Shown piece after piece: positions 1 through 9,404 of a stretch of 32,650 bases of DNA. The position numbers were made by a program, and so were the translations under genes. The notes beneath the pieces were generated by a model. The model had not been told where the DNA came from. It did not search any database and saw nothing but the letters and a program-made list of their open reading frames with translations. Every line of letters begins with the position of its first letter. Position 1 is the first letter of the stretch. This DNA comes from Candidatus Woesearchaeota archaeon. Its GTDB lineage: Archaea; Nanobdellota; Nanobdellia; Woesearchaeales; GW2011-AR9. The DNA lies in the NCBI GenBank assembly GCA_018303045.1, contig JAGVYX010000009.1, forward strand, positions 1-32,650. Direction: 5' to 3'.

Positions 1-1239
1 GAAATGTTCTACTGGACGGGCGCGGGAAAAGCTCCTGATTTATTTGATCCGAAAGATAAGCACTGGGTGGAAATCTGGAATGACGTGTTTATGGCTTATG
101 ATCGGAAATCTGCCGGAAAATTAGAACTCTTGAAACAAAAAAATGTAGATACCGGGATGGGTATGGAGCGTACGGTAGCCGTTTTATCCGGGAAAAAAAG
201 CGCTTATGAAACGGAATTATTTCAGCCGATGATTAAGGTTATAGAAGAAATTGCCGGAATAAAGTATACCAAAAAAAAGAAAGAAATCAGGATTATTGCC
301 GATCATTTAAGAGCCGCGGCTTTTGTCTTGGGCGATGAAAATTATGTTGTTCCTTCCAATGTTGACCGAGGCTATATTTTAAGAAGACTAGTTAGAAGAG
401 CTATCAGATATGGAAAATTGATTGGCATTAAAGATCTATTTACAGCTAAAATTGCCGAACTGGTGATTAAAGAATATGGCGGCGGCTACCCGGAATTAAA
501 GAAAAATAAATCCAGAATTGTTGCAGAACTGCAGAAAGAAGAGGAGAAATTTGCTTCTACTTTGGAAAAAGGGCTGAAAGAATTTAATAAAATGGCTGCT
601 GAAAATGATCTTATTACCGGCAAAGATGCTTTTTTATTGTTTCAGTCGTATGGTTTTCCATTAGAGATGACGCAGGAATTGGCCTTGGAGCAGGACCTCA
701 CTGTGGATGAAGCAGTCTTTAAAGAAGAATTTGAAAAACATCAGGCGTTATCGAGAACGGCGGCGGCCGGCAAATTTAAGGGCGGCCTTTCCGATAATTC
801 TCCAATTGTAACGAGAATGCATACCGCTACGCACTTGTTAAATGAAGCCCTGCGCCGGGTTATTGATCCCAGAATAAAACAGCGGGGCAGCAATATTACT
901 CCGGAACGGCTGAGGTTTGATTTTAGTTTTGACCGAAAACTAACCAGCGAAGAAATTCAAGCGGTGGAAGATGAAGTTAATCGGGTAATTCAGTCGGGGC
1001 TGGAAGTAACCCGGGAGGAAATGTCTAAAGATGAAGCCATGCAGCTGGGAGCGCAGATGGAATTTGGCGCTAAATATCCGGACCGCGTTTCGGTCTATTT
1101 TATTGGCGATTATTCCAAAGAATTTTGCGGCGGGCCGCATGTAAGGAACACCAACGAGATGGGCAGGTTTAAAATTATTAAGGAAGAAAGTTCTGCCGCC
1201 GGCGTGAGAAGAATTAAAGCAGTAATGGGAGAAGAATAA
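1..1239 (+). CDS. alaS: Alanyl-tRNA synthetase, 5'-partial; short form ending after the editing domain
   Basis: Motifs EIWNDVF, VDTGMGMER, IIADHLRA, GYILRRLVRRA; editing-domain HTATH and CGGPH; ends at AAGVRRIKA. Frame is open at the window edge. Confidence 0.97.
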   Translation, partial: EMFYWTGAGKAPDLFDPKDKHWVEIWNDVFMAYDRKSAGKLELLKQKNVDTGMGMERTVAVLSGKKSAYETELFQPMIKVIEEIAGIKYTKKKKEIRIIADHLRAAAFVLGDENYVVPSNVDRGYILRRLVRRAIRYGKLIGIKDLFTAKIAELVIKEYGGGYPELKKNKSRIVAELQKEEEKFASTLEKGLKEFNKMAAENDLITGKDAFLLFQSYGFPLEMTQELALEQDLTVDEAVFKEEFEKHQALSRTAAAGKFKGGLSDNSPIVTRMHTATHLLNEALRRVIDPRIKQRGSNITPERLRFDFSFDRKLTSEEIQAVEDEVNRVIQSGLEVTREEMSKDEAMQLGAQMEFGAKYPDRVSVYFIGDYSKEFCGGPHVRNTNEMGRFKIIKEESSAAGVRRIKAVMGEE

Positions 1240-1372
1240 AAATTAAAAAAAACAGTGCAGATTCTAGGAATTTTCTCTTTCGTCAGGAATAATATCATTC
1301 TGGAAGTTTTAGGCCCTTTACTGGAAAAATATCTTCTTTAATTTCACAACAAATTTAAATAACTTCAACTTA

Positions 1373-1666
1373 TTGAGTTTAATGATTCCTAAAGATATTG
1401 TAAACAAAATTATTTCTGAGGATCTGCAGTTGGCCGGGGAAGCTGTTGATAATCCTACTTGGGATGAAACGGCTTTAGGAATCGAAGCTCGCGTGGGCAA
1501 TATCCTTCTAAGGGTTTATGATCGGGCTAACAAAGAAGCTGCCAGAAGGGAGTCGGGAATTATTGAATTAGGTTACGGCCTTAAACCAGGACAATCAACA
1601 GGAAGTTCCGGATACAACGGGAATCTTCGCTGGTATACCATTATAAGCAATAGAATAAATAACTGA
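1373..1666 (+). CDS. Hypothetical protein (97 aa; real start may be ATG 1382)
   Basis: Intergenic ORF preceded by a TATA-like TTTAAATA (~1354); no family recognised. Confidence 0.5.
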   Translation: MSLMIPKDIVNKIISEDLQLAGEAVDNPTWDETALGIEARVGNILLRVYDRANKEAARRESGIIELGYGLKPGQSTGSSGYNGNLRWYTIISNRINN

Positions 1667-1855
1667 GATGCCTTTTTTCTGTGAAATTTGCCAACGAGGA
1701 ATAGCCCTTAACAATTGATCCGTAAATTTGGCTTTGGTCGTATTCTGCCAGCGAGGAAAAGTTCGCGTCAGCAGGAGGATCTTCCTGACGGAAAAGATCT
1801 GCTTCAAATAGCTTAATTCTGGCATTAAGGTGATCTTACAGATTCATAATAAAAA

Positions 1856-1962
1856 TGCGGTAGCCGAGATTTGAACTCGGGTCACAGCCTGTTTACAAAA
1901 TTTGGCAAGGCCGCATAAAGGTCGGATGGCTATTAATCCCCTAACCACTATACTACTACCGC
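1856..1962 (-). tRNA. tRNA-Gly(GCC) with two introns: 22/23 (23 nt, 1918-1940) and 37/38 (12 nt, 1891-1902)
   Basis: Removing both inserts gives a 72-nt cloverleaf GCGGTAG..CGGCC-TTGCCAA-GGCTG..CCGAG-TTCAAAT-CTCGG-CTACCGC-A. The D-arm intron has a strict BHB (GGTT/GACC helix, AG|G and TT|T bulges). Confidence 0.93.
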
Positions 1963-2103
1963 GTTATAGTTTCTGATTTAGAAGACTACTTTATTAAGAT
2001 TTTGGTAATTTTCAGTTTATAGTAACGGGCATTAATCTTTAGGCAATTATTAACAGTTAAGGTACACAAAGAATGTCAAAAATAAATTAAAAAATAAAAA
2101 AAA

Positions 2104-2460
2104 TTAAGCTTTGGCTAAGCTAAACACTGATTTTAGGGCAACGATAATGGTTGCTGGAACAAACAGGGTTAAAATTCCTCTCAAAATGTTTCCGATAACT
2201 GGTGCTACTGCATCGAAAACTCCTGCTTCTACTCCTAAAAAGGAGATCAGCGCTAAAACTGTTCCGCCAGTCAGGAATGCTCCTGTTTCATCATGGGTTA
2301 CGTTTAGTAATCCAACTACAATACCTAATAGGAATACAATCCACAGCATTGTTGCCTGGTAGGGTCCAGTTAAGCCTAACCCCAGAAGCACTGCCAGAAC
2401 TAATCCTACTAAGAAAGACCAACTTCCCACCAAACTGGCTCCGTTAAATCCTTTTTTCAC
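2104..2460 (-). CDS. Small integral membrane protein (about 4 TM helices)
   Basis: Almost entirely hydrophobic 118-aa ORF; GAGGTGA SD directly upstream of the GTG start. Confidence 0.85.
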   Translation of the reverse strand: MKKGFNGASLVGSWSFLVGLVLAVLLGLGLTGPYQATMLWIVFLLGIVVGLLNVTHDETGAFLTGGTVLALISFLGVEAGVFDAVAPVIGNILRGILTLFVPATIIVALKSVFSLAKA

Positions 2461-2651
2461 TTACTATCACCTCTTTTTTTATGCGCATAAAGGGAAAGAT
2501 ATCCCTTGCTGATATCATGTCGCCATAATACCTTATAGTAAGTAAATTTTTTTAGTTTAAAAGCCTTTTGGTGGGGTTAAAGGATTTTCTTTAAATTTTT
2601 CCCGAAACAGACAGAAACTTTAATAAGTAAAACTCATCTTCGTCGGCTAAT

Positions 2652-2805
2652 CCCTCCATAGTTCAGCGGTAGAACGCTCGGCTGTAGCATATGCTTTTGA
2701 TTTGTCTTGGAGACTGTAATGATAAAGTATCAGCCGTTACCGAGAGATCCCCGGCAAACTTTGACTTAAGGCGGAGTTTGGGGAATTCAAATCCGGGTGG
2801 GGGGA
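2652..2805 (+). tRNA. tRNA-Tyr(GTA) with two introns: 37/38 (51 nt, 2688-2738) and 53/54 (31 nt, 2755-2785)
   Basis: CCCTCCA/TGGGGGG acceptor stem with archaeal Tyr C1-G72; CTCGG-CT-GTA-G..A-CCGAG; CCCGG..TTCAAAT-CCGGG. The T-arm intron has a CCCC/GGGG helix with GG|C and AA|T bulges. A T-tract follows. Confidence 0.92.
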
Positions 2806-2845
2806 CTTTTTTTTTCATAAATTATTTTCCATAAGTTAAACAGAT

Positions 2846-2875
2846 TAAACAGCTTAAGTCTAAACAGCTTAAGTC
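2846..2875. repeat. Two tandem copies of 15-bp TAAACAGCTTAAGTC
   Basis: Exact copies at 2846-2860 and 2861-2875. Confidence 0.85.
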
Positions 2876-3044
2876 TAGAAATTCTTTAGAAGATAAATTA
2901 AAATAAGTTCTCGCGCGGGCTATTTTACTCCGCAGTCCTCAAAAAATTCGATAAATTTATAAACAAACCGCGGTTTTAATCAGAAAATGGTCGGCTATTC
3001 TCTACATTTAATGTTATTATGTAGATGGTAGGCTATCTAATGAT

Positions 3045-3174
3045 GCCCTGGTAGTGTAGTTCGGCCTAGCACGGAGCCCTGTCACGGCTGGGAATCGCCA
3101 AAGTAAGGCTTCGACCCGGGTTCAAAGTGGTGTGGAATGGATAATTACATGTCAGGAATGTCCCGGCCAGGGCG
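3045..3174 (+). tRNA. tRNA-Asp(GTC) with two introns: 37/38 (21 nt, 3085-3105) and 59/60 (34 nt, 3127-3160)
   Basis: GCCCTGG/CCAGGGC acceptor; GAGCC-CT-GTC-A..A-GGCTT; CCGGG-TTCAAA..T-CCCGG. Both inserts fold into BHB-like motifs. Confidence 0.92.
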
Positions 3175-3188
3175 TTTATATTTCCCAG

Positions 3189-3312
3189 GGGCCGGTAGCT
3201 CAGCTTGGTAGAGCGCTTGACTTTTAAGTCAGGAAGGCATCGCAAATAAGAAATTTGCCGCTTCTTTACTGAAGCTATCAAGCGGTCGCGAGTTCAAATC
3301 TCGTCCGGCCCG
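3189..3312 (+). tRNA. tRNA-Lys(TTT) with canonical 37/38 intron (50 nt, 3227-3276)
   Basis: GGGCCGG/CCGGCCC acceptor; CTTGA-CT-TTT-A..A-TCAAG; CTTT/GAAG central helix with CT|A bulge. Confidence 0.95.
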
Positions 3313-3329
3313 CTCACAATTATTAAAAA

Positions 3330-3560
3330 ATGGACATCAGCAAACATCTATTGGTACCTAAACATACGAAGTTATCTGATGTAGATAAGAAAAAGGTATT
3401 TGATAAATATTCCGTTACCGTTAAGGAATTGCCTAAAATTATGAAAGACGATCCCGCCATCCATGCGCTTAATTCTAAAGTGGGAGATGTAATTATGATT
3501 GAACGGGAAAGCAAAACCGCCGGCAGAGCGATCTATTATCGGGTGGTAATTGATGGTTAA
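3330..3560 (+). CDS. rpoH: RNA polymerase subunit H (Rpo5)
   Basis: HLLVPKH, LPKI..DDPA, GDVIMIERES.TAG..IYYRVV motifs; first gene of the RNAP operon. Confidence 0.97.
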   Translation: MDISKHLLVPKHTKLSDVDKKKVFDKYSVTVKELPKIMKDDPAIHALNSKVGDVIMIERESKTAGRAIYYRVVIDG

Positions 3561-4959
3561 TAATCTGGCTCAAGACCGGTCAATCCTCATCAAGAAATAT
3601 TTTGAAGAGAAGAAATTTGTCGACAGCAATATTCAGTCTTTTAATAATCTGTTAGAGCAGGGGCTGCAGGAAGTTATTGAAGAAAATAAGGAAGCAGAGC
3701 CAGCCATTATTCCCCATAACATTGAGAAATTTAAAATCCGCTTTGGCCGGATTACTATTGGAAAACCGGAAATCATCGAAGCCGACGGCAGCAAGCGGCC
3801 AATTTATCCAATGGAAGCCCGGCTGAGAAAAATTTCTTATCATGCTCCTATCTTTCTGGAAGTCAGCTCTTATGTTAACGATGTGCAGAGAGAGAATTTC
3901 GTCGCTGAAATTGGGAAAATGCCCATCATGCTAAAAAGCAAGCATTGCAATTTAAATAATTTAAATCGCGAAGAATTAATCAAGCGCGGGGAAGATGCCA
4001 CTGACCCTGGAGGGTATTTTATCATTAATGGAACGGAGAGAGTAATTGTCAATGTTGAAGATTTAGCTGCAAATAATTTTGTAGTGGAAAGGGCTAAAGA
4101 AGGAACTTGCTCGGGACGATATTTTGCGGCTAAAGGTTCTTATAAAATTCCACATTCGTTGGAAAAGAAGAAAGACGGCCTGTATTATCTAACTTTCACC
4201 AGAGTTAAGCAAATGCCCCTGATTATTGTCCTTAAGGCATTGTTTATTGACATCAAGACGCAGGAAGAGGCTGTTGATTATATTGCTAAGAGAATTGGCA
4301 TAGCCCAGGTTAGAGAAATTCGGATGGAACGGACTAAAGAAATCTTGGACAAGTATTTGTTGCCAAATGTGGGGGTTGATTCCAGCGCAGCTTCCGAAAA
4401 AGCCAAAAATTTATGCAAGATGCTGAAGAAATTAATTGATGTGGATAATCATGATCGTGAAGCCGACGATAAAGACCACTACATGAATAAGCGGATTAGG
4501 ATGGCTGGAGATCTATTGCTGGATTTGTTCAGAGTTAATTTTAAAGTTTTAGTTGGAGATATTTTATATAATTTCCAGAGGATCATTAAGAGGGGAAAAC
4601 TGCCGTCCATCAGAGTTATAATCAGGGATAAATTATTAACTTCCAGATTATATTCCGCTATGGCTACAGGAGAATGGGTCGGCGGCCGACAGGGAGTTTC
4701 CCAGCGGATGAGCCGGACTAACTTTTTAGACATGGTCTCTCATTTGCAAAGAATTGCCAGCCCTCTTTCCACTTCACAGGAAAATTTTGAAGCCAGGGCT
4801 TTGCATTGCACCCATCTGGGAAGGCTTTGCCCGATTGAAACTCCGGAAGGGACTAACATCGGCTTAAGAAAGAATTTGGCGATGCTTTGTTCCTTGTCGC
4901 AAAATGTATCTGAAGAAGAAGTGATAGAAAAAATAAAGGCCATCTGGCCGAATCAATAA
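3550..4959 (+). CDS. rpoB2: RNA polymerase subunit B'' (Rpo2 N-terminal half), with an apparent internal deletion
   Basis: DPGGYFIINGTERV, D.DHY.NKR, GRLCPIETPEG.NIGL.KNLA motifs. Confidence 0.96.
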   Translation: MMVNNLAQDRSILIKKYFEEKKFVDSNIQSFNNLLEQGLQEVIEENKEAEPAIIPHNIEKFKIRFGRITIGKPEIIEADGSKRPIYPMEARLRKISYHAPIFLEVSSYVNDVQRENFVAEIGKMPIMLKSKHCNLNNLNREELIKRGEDATDPGGYFIINGTERVIVNVEDLAANNFVVERAKEGTCSGRYFAAKGSYKIPHSLEKKKDGLYYLTFTRVKQMPLIIVLKALFIDIKTQEEAVDYIAKRIGIAQVREIRMERTKEILDKYLLPNVGVDSSAASEKAKNLCKMLKKLIDVDNHDREADDKDHYMNKRIRMAGDLLLDLFRVNFKVLVGDILYNFQRIIKRGKLPSIRVIIRDKLLTSRLYSAMATGEWVGGRQGVSQRMSRTNFLDMVSHLQRIASPLSTSQENFEARALHCTHLGRLCPIETPEGTNIGLRKNLAMLCSLSQNVSEEEVIEKIKAIWPNQ

Positions 4960-4962
4960 AAT

Positions 4963-6768
4963 ATGGCGGACTTATACATCAACTCTAAATACCTTGGACC
5001 TGTTGAAAATGACCAGCAGTTTGTAGCCGAATTTAAAGACTTAAGGCGTAAAAGTTCCCTGCCGGAAGATGTTAATATTTATCATGACCACGAAACTAAA
5101 GACATTTATATTTTAACTGATGAAGGAAGAGCCAGAAGGCCGCTGATTATTGTTAAAGATGGAAAACCGCTGCTGACTGACAAGCATCTGGAGCAGCTTA
5201 AAAATGGCGAAATAACCTGGGTGGATTTAGTCCGGCAGGGAGTAATCGAATATTTAGACGCGGCGGAAGAAGAAAATGCTCTCGTAGCTTATACTCCGGA
5301 AGAATTAACCGGCCAGCATACTCATTTGGAAATTACGATGGGCTCAATGTGCGGGATTACTACTTCCCTGGTGCCGTTTTCGAATCGGGCGCCTTCTTCC
5401 AGGGTGATCATTGGCAGCAAGAACCAGAAACAAGCATTAGGATTTTATGCTGCTAATTATTATTTAAGAATGGACATGGATGCTAATCTGCTGCATTATC
5501 CGCAACTGCCAATTGTTAAGACTAAGATTCACGACGTAACTGGTTATGAAGAGCATCCTTCGGGGCAGAACATGGTTGTTGCCGTGATGTGTTATGACGG
5601 GTATAACATGGAAGACGGAGTTATTCTGAATAAAGCATCAGTGGAGCGCGGTTTAGCTCGAAGCACCTATTTCCGGCCAGTTAGTGCTGAAGAGTTAAGG
5701 TATTCCGGGGGCTTAGTTGATGAAGTGTCTATTCCAGACAAAGATGTTAAAGGCTACCGCAGCGAGCATGATTATCGCTTCTTGGAAGAAGATGGGATAA
5801 TTTATCCCGAATCCAAAGTTAATGAAGGCGATGTAATTATTGGCAGAACCAGCCCTCCGCGCTTTTTAAGCAGTTTAGATGAATATAATTTATCGGCAGC
5901 TATCAGAAGAGAAAGTTCTATTGCTCTTAAGCATGGCGAGAAAGGAGTGGCTGATTTTGTAGTGATTACTGAAAATGAAGAAGGCAATAAGTTAATTCAG
6001 GTCCGGTTAAGAGAAGAAAGAGTTCCAGAAATTGGAGACAAATTCACCAGTCGCCACGGGCAAAAAGGCGTAACGGGAATTTTAATCCCTCCTCAGGACA
6101 TACCTTTTTCGACTAGGGGAATTGTGCCGGACTTAATTTTCACTCCCCACGGCGTTTCTTCAAGAATGACCATCTCGCACCTGATGGAATTGATCGGCGG
6201 CAAAGTAGGGGCCTTAAGCGGCCGCTTTGTGGATGGAACGCTGTTTGAAGCCGAAGATGAAACCAGCTTGCGGGAAGAATTATTACAGTTAGGCTTCCGC
6301 GATGATGGAACGGAAATCTTTTTTGACGGCCGAACCGGAAAGCAAATGCTGGCGAATATTTTTGTTGGCAACATGTACTACTTAAGGTTGCGGCACATGG
6401 TAGCTAACAAAATGCAGTCCAGAGCTCGCGGCCCAATTCAATTGCTGACGAGGCAGCCTACCGAAGGCAAAGCTAAAGAGGGGGGATTGCGGCTGGGAGA
6501 AATGGAAAAAGATACGTTCATTGCTCATGGGGCTTCATTATTGCTGAAAGAACGGTTTGATTCGGATAAAGTGGTAATTCCCGTCTGCAATGAATCCGGC
6601 TTAATGGGGTACTATGACTTAAGAAAAAACGGCAAGGCGATCTCGCCCTTACATGGCGAAGACGCTAAAGTTTCCAACATTGAAATGAGCTATGCGTTTA
6701 AACTATTGTTGGATGAATTCAGAAGCTTGGGGATTTATTCAAAGTTAAATTTAATAAATAAATATTGA
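4963..6768 (+). CDS. rpoB1: RNA polymerase subunit B' (Rpo2 C-terminal half)
   Basis: GYNMED, GDKFTSRHGQKG, LTRQPTEGKAKEGGLRLGEME motifs. Confidence 0.98.
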   Translation: MADLYINSKYLGPVENDQQFVAEFKDLRRKSSLPEDVNIYHDHETKDIYILTDEGRARRPLIIVKDGKPLLTDKHLEQLKNGEITWVDLVRQGVIEYLDAAEEENALVAYTPEELTGQHTHLEITMGSMCGITTSLVPFSNRAPSSRVIIGSKNQKQALGFYAANYYLRMDMDANLLHYPQLPIVKTKIHDVTGYEEHPSGQNMVVAVMCYDGYNMEDGVILNKASVERGLARSTYFRPVSAEELRYSGGLVDEVSIPDKDVKGYRSEHDYRFLEEDGIIYPESKVNEGDVIIGRTSPPRFLSSLDEYNLSAAIRRESSIALKHGEKGVADFVVITENEEGNKLIQVRLREERVPEIGDKFTSRHGQKGVTGILIPPQDIPFSTRGIVPDLIFTPHGVSSRMTISHLMELIGGKVGALSGRFVDGTLFEAEDETSLREELLQLGFRDDGTEIFFDGRTGKQMLANIFVGNMYYLRLRHMVANKMQSRARGPIQLLTRQPTEGKAKEGGLRLGEMEKDTFIAHGASLLLKERFDSDKVVIPVCNESGLMGYYDLRKNGKAISPLHGEDAKVSNIEMSYAFKLLLDEFRSLGIYSKLNLINKY

Positions 6769-6823
6769 TGATAATTAAAATGGAAAAAATAAAAAATATT
6801 GCTTCTAAATTGATGGTGATTTC

Positions 6824-9394
6824 ATGAGACACCAAGTTAACGAAAAAATTGAAAGCATCACCTTCGGAATCTTTTCGCCAAAGCAGATTGTAGCCGCTTC
6901 TACAGCTAAAGTGGTTACCCCGGAATTGTATGACCGTGAAGGCTATCCGGTGGACGGCGGATTAATGGACCTGCGCCTGGGTGTAATTGATCCCGGGCTG
7001 CGCTGTAAAACCTGTGGGCAGAAGCTAAAAGAATGCCCCGGGCATTTTGGCTATATTGAATTAGCCAGGCCGGTAATTCATATTCATTTTGTAAAGCAAA
7101 TTTTAGACTTGTTAAAATTAACCTGCAAATCCTGCGCTCGCGTATTAATTCCAGATGAAAACTTAAAGAAATATTTCGGCATCCTGGAAAAGGTCGGCAG
7201 GGAGGAAGGATTTGAAGCGCGAAGGAAGAAAATAAAAGCCATCGTTAATAAGTACAAAGTTAAGGAAAAATGCCCTCACTGCAACACGGCTCAGGATAAA
7301 ATTAAATTGGATAAGCCTTACACCGTTTATGAGAATGAAGTTCGATTAAGCCCGATAGAAATCAGGGCCAGATTAGAAAAAATATCTAATGATGACCTGG
7401 AAACGTTTGGGTTCAAATCGGGGAATTTCAGGCCGGAATGGCTGATCATTACCGTTATGCAGATCCCGCCGGTAACGATGAGGCCCAGCATAACCCTGGA
7501 GTCTGGCGAGCGCAGTGAAGACGATTTGACCCATAAATTGGGAGATATCGTCAGAATCAATCAGCGGCTATTTGAAAATATTAATGCCGGAGCGCCGGAA
7601 GTAATCATTGAGGATTTATGGGACTTGCTGCAGTATCATATCACTACTTTTTTTAATAATGAAGTTCCTCAATTGCCTCCAGCCCGCCATCGCGGCGGGC
7701 AGATTCTGAAAACTCTAGCCACCAGAATCAGCAGCAAGGATGGAAGAATCAGGCATAATCTAGCCGGTAAAAGAACCGATTTCTCTGCCAGAACGGTAAT
7801 CAGCCCGGATCCGTTAATAAGTTTAAATGAAGTAGGCGTTCCTTTTAGCATGGCCATGGTGCTTACCGTGCCTGAACGAGTTACGGAATGGAATATCGAA
7901 TATTTAAAAAAATATATTGCTAATGGAAGCAAGGTTTATCCGGGAGCTAATTATACCCTTAAATCGGACGGCCGAAGAAAAACCATTACTGAGGAAACCA
8001 AAGCGGAGATTTTGGAAGAATTAGAGCCGGGATTCATTGTGGAGCGGCACTTGATTGATGGCGATATCGCTCTATTCAACCGGCAGCCATCGCTGCACCG
8101 GATGAGCATGATGTGCCATCGGGTTAAAGTTCTTCCCGGGATGACTTTCCGCTTAAATCCAGCGGTCTGCAATCCTTATAACGCTGATTTTGACGGCGAT
8201 GAAATGAACCTGCATATTCCGCAGACTGAAGAAGCCCGCGCTGAAGCTCAAGTATTAATGCTGGTGGAAACGCAAATTATCAGCCCTCGCTATGGGTTAA
8301 GCGTAGTAGGCTGCATTCAGGATGGAATTACCGGCAATTACCTTTTAACTAAAGAGCTGGTCTTAACTAGGAATGAGGCTGTTGATCTGCTTTATTCCTC
8401 AGGGGTAGATGATTTGTCGGCTTTGCCTAACAAGGAAAAGATTGATGGCAAGGAAGTTTTCTCGGTGTTATTGCCGGAAGACTTTAATTTTGTGGGAAAG
8501 GATAAAAGCGGCAATGATGTAAAAATCGTTAATGGGCAGTTAAAGTCTGGATGCATGGATAAAGCAAATTTAGGGCAGGAAAGCGGATTGATGCTGAGAA
8601 ACATTTATGAAAAGTACGGCCCGACATTTACTTCCGGCTTGCTGGGTAAAATTTCTAAACTGGGAATTACGGTGTTATCTAGAAGAGGATTTTCCATTGG
8701 GCTGGCGGATATGGACTTAGAAGAAGGAGCCAATGAAGAAATAAAAGAAGTTATTGCCAAGGCTGAAGAAGAGGTAAATCAGTTAATTAATTCCTACAAT
8801 CAAGGCAAGCTGGAATCCCTGCCTGGCAGAACGGTAGCTGAAACTTTAGAGTTAAGAATCCTGGAATCATTAAACAAAGCCCGCAACAAAAGCGGCACTA
8901 TAGCCATGAAGCAAGTTAGAGACAGCGCAGCCTTGATTATGGCTAAATGCGGCGCCAGAGGCAATCCTTTAAATATTGCTCAAATGACAGCTATTGTTGG
9001 GCAGCAGGCGTTGCGGGGCAAGAGAATTGAGAGCGGGTACCGCAGCCGGACCCTGCCTTATTTTAAGCCCAATGATCTAAGCCCTAAAGCCAGGGGGTTT
9101 ATTAAAAGCAATTTCAAGGAAGGATTAAAGCCGCATGAATTCTTCTTTGGAGCCATGACTGGAAGAGACGCCTTAATGGACACGGCATTGCGTACGCCTA
9201 AATCCGGATACCTTTACCGAAGGCTGTCTAATGCCATGCAGGATTTAAAAGTGGAATATGATGGCACGGTCAGAGATGCCAGCCGGAAAATTGTCCAGTT
9301 TTTGTATGGCGAAGATGGCTTGGACGTTTCCAAGACAGAGAATGGCGCGCTGGATATTAAAAAAATAATTCAACAAGTCCTAGGAGCCAAATAA
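6824..9394 (+). CDS. rpoA1: RNA polymerase subunit A' (Rpo1N)
   Basis: Catalytic [11 protein letters not shown], Zn-binding CKTC..CPGHFG, NRQPSLH; GGTGA SD. Confidence 0.98.
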   Translation: MRHQVNEKIESITFGIFSPKQIVAASTAKVVTPELYDREGYPVDGGLMDLRLGVIDPGLRCKTCGQKLKECPGHFGYIELARPVIHIHFVKQILDLLKLTCKSCARVLIPDENLKKYFGILEKVGREEGFEARRKKIKAIVNKYKVKEKCPHCNTAQDKIKLDKPYTVYENEVRLSPIEIRARLEKISNDDLETFGFKSGNFRPEWLIITVMQIPPVTMRPSITLESGERSEDDLTHKLGDIVRINQRLFENINAGAPEVIIEDLWDLLQYHITTFFNNEVPQLPPARHRGGQILKTLATRISSKDGRIRHNLAGKRTDFSARTVISPDPLISLNEVGVPFSMAMVLTVPERVTEWNIEYLKKYIANGSKVYPGANYTLKSDGRRKTITEETKAEILEELEPGFIVERHLIDGDIALFNRQPSLHRMSMMCHRVKVLPGMTFRLNPAVCNPYNADFDGDEMNLHIPQTEEARAEAQVLMLVETQIISPRYGLSVVGCIQDGITGNYLLTKELVLTRNEAVDLLYSSGVDDLSALPNKEKIDGKEVFSVLLPEDFNFVGKDKSGNDVKIVNGQLKSGCMDKANLGQESGLMLRNIYEKYGPTFTSGLLGKISKLGITVLSRRGFSIGLADMDLEEGANEEIKEVIAKAEEEVNQLINSYNQGKLESLPGRTVAETLELRILESLNKARNKSGTIAMKQVRDSAALIMAKCGARGNPLNIAQMTAIVGQQALRGKRIESGYRSRTLPYFKPNDLSPKARGFIKSNFKEGLKPHEFFFGAMTGRDALMDTALRTPKSGYLYRRLSNAMQDLKVEYDGTVRDASRKIVQFLYGEDGLDVSKTENGALDIKKIIQQVLGAK

Positions 9395-9404
9395 TGGTGA
9401 GCCA

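Noticed and set aside
1240-1855. att-like duplicate of the tRNA-Gly(GCC) 3' end
   Set aside because: No convincing copy of TGCGGTAGCCGAGATTTGAA was found by eye.
3066-3281. 71-aa minus-strand ORF
   Set aside because: Antisense to tRNA-Asp and tRNA-Lys.
4950-4970. Frameshift or pseudogenisation splitting rpoB
   Set aside because: The B''/B' split at this position is normal for many archaea.
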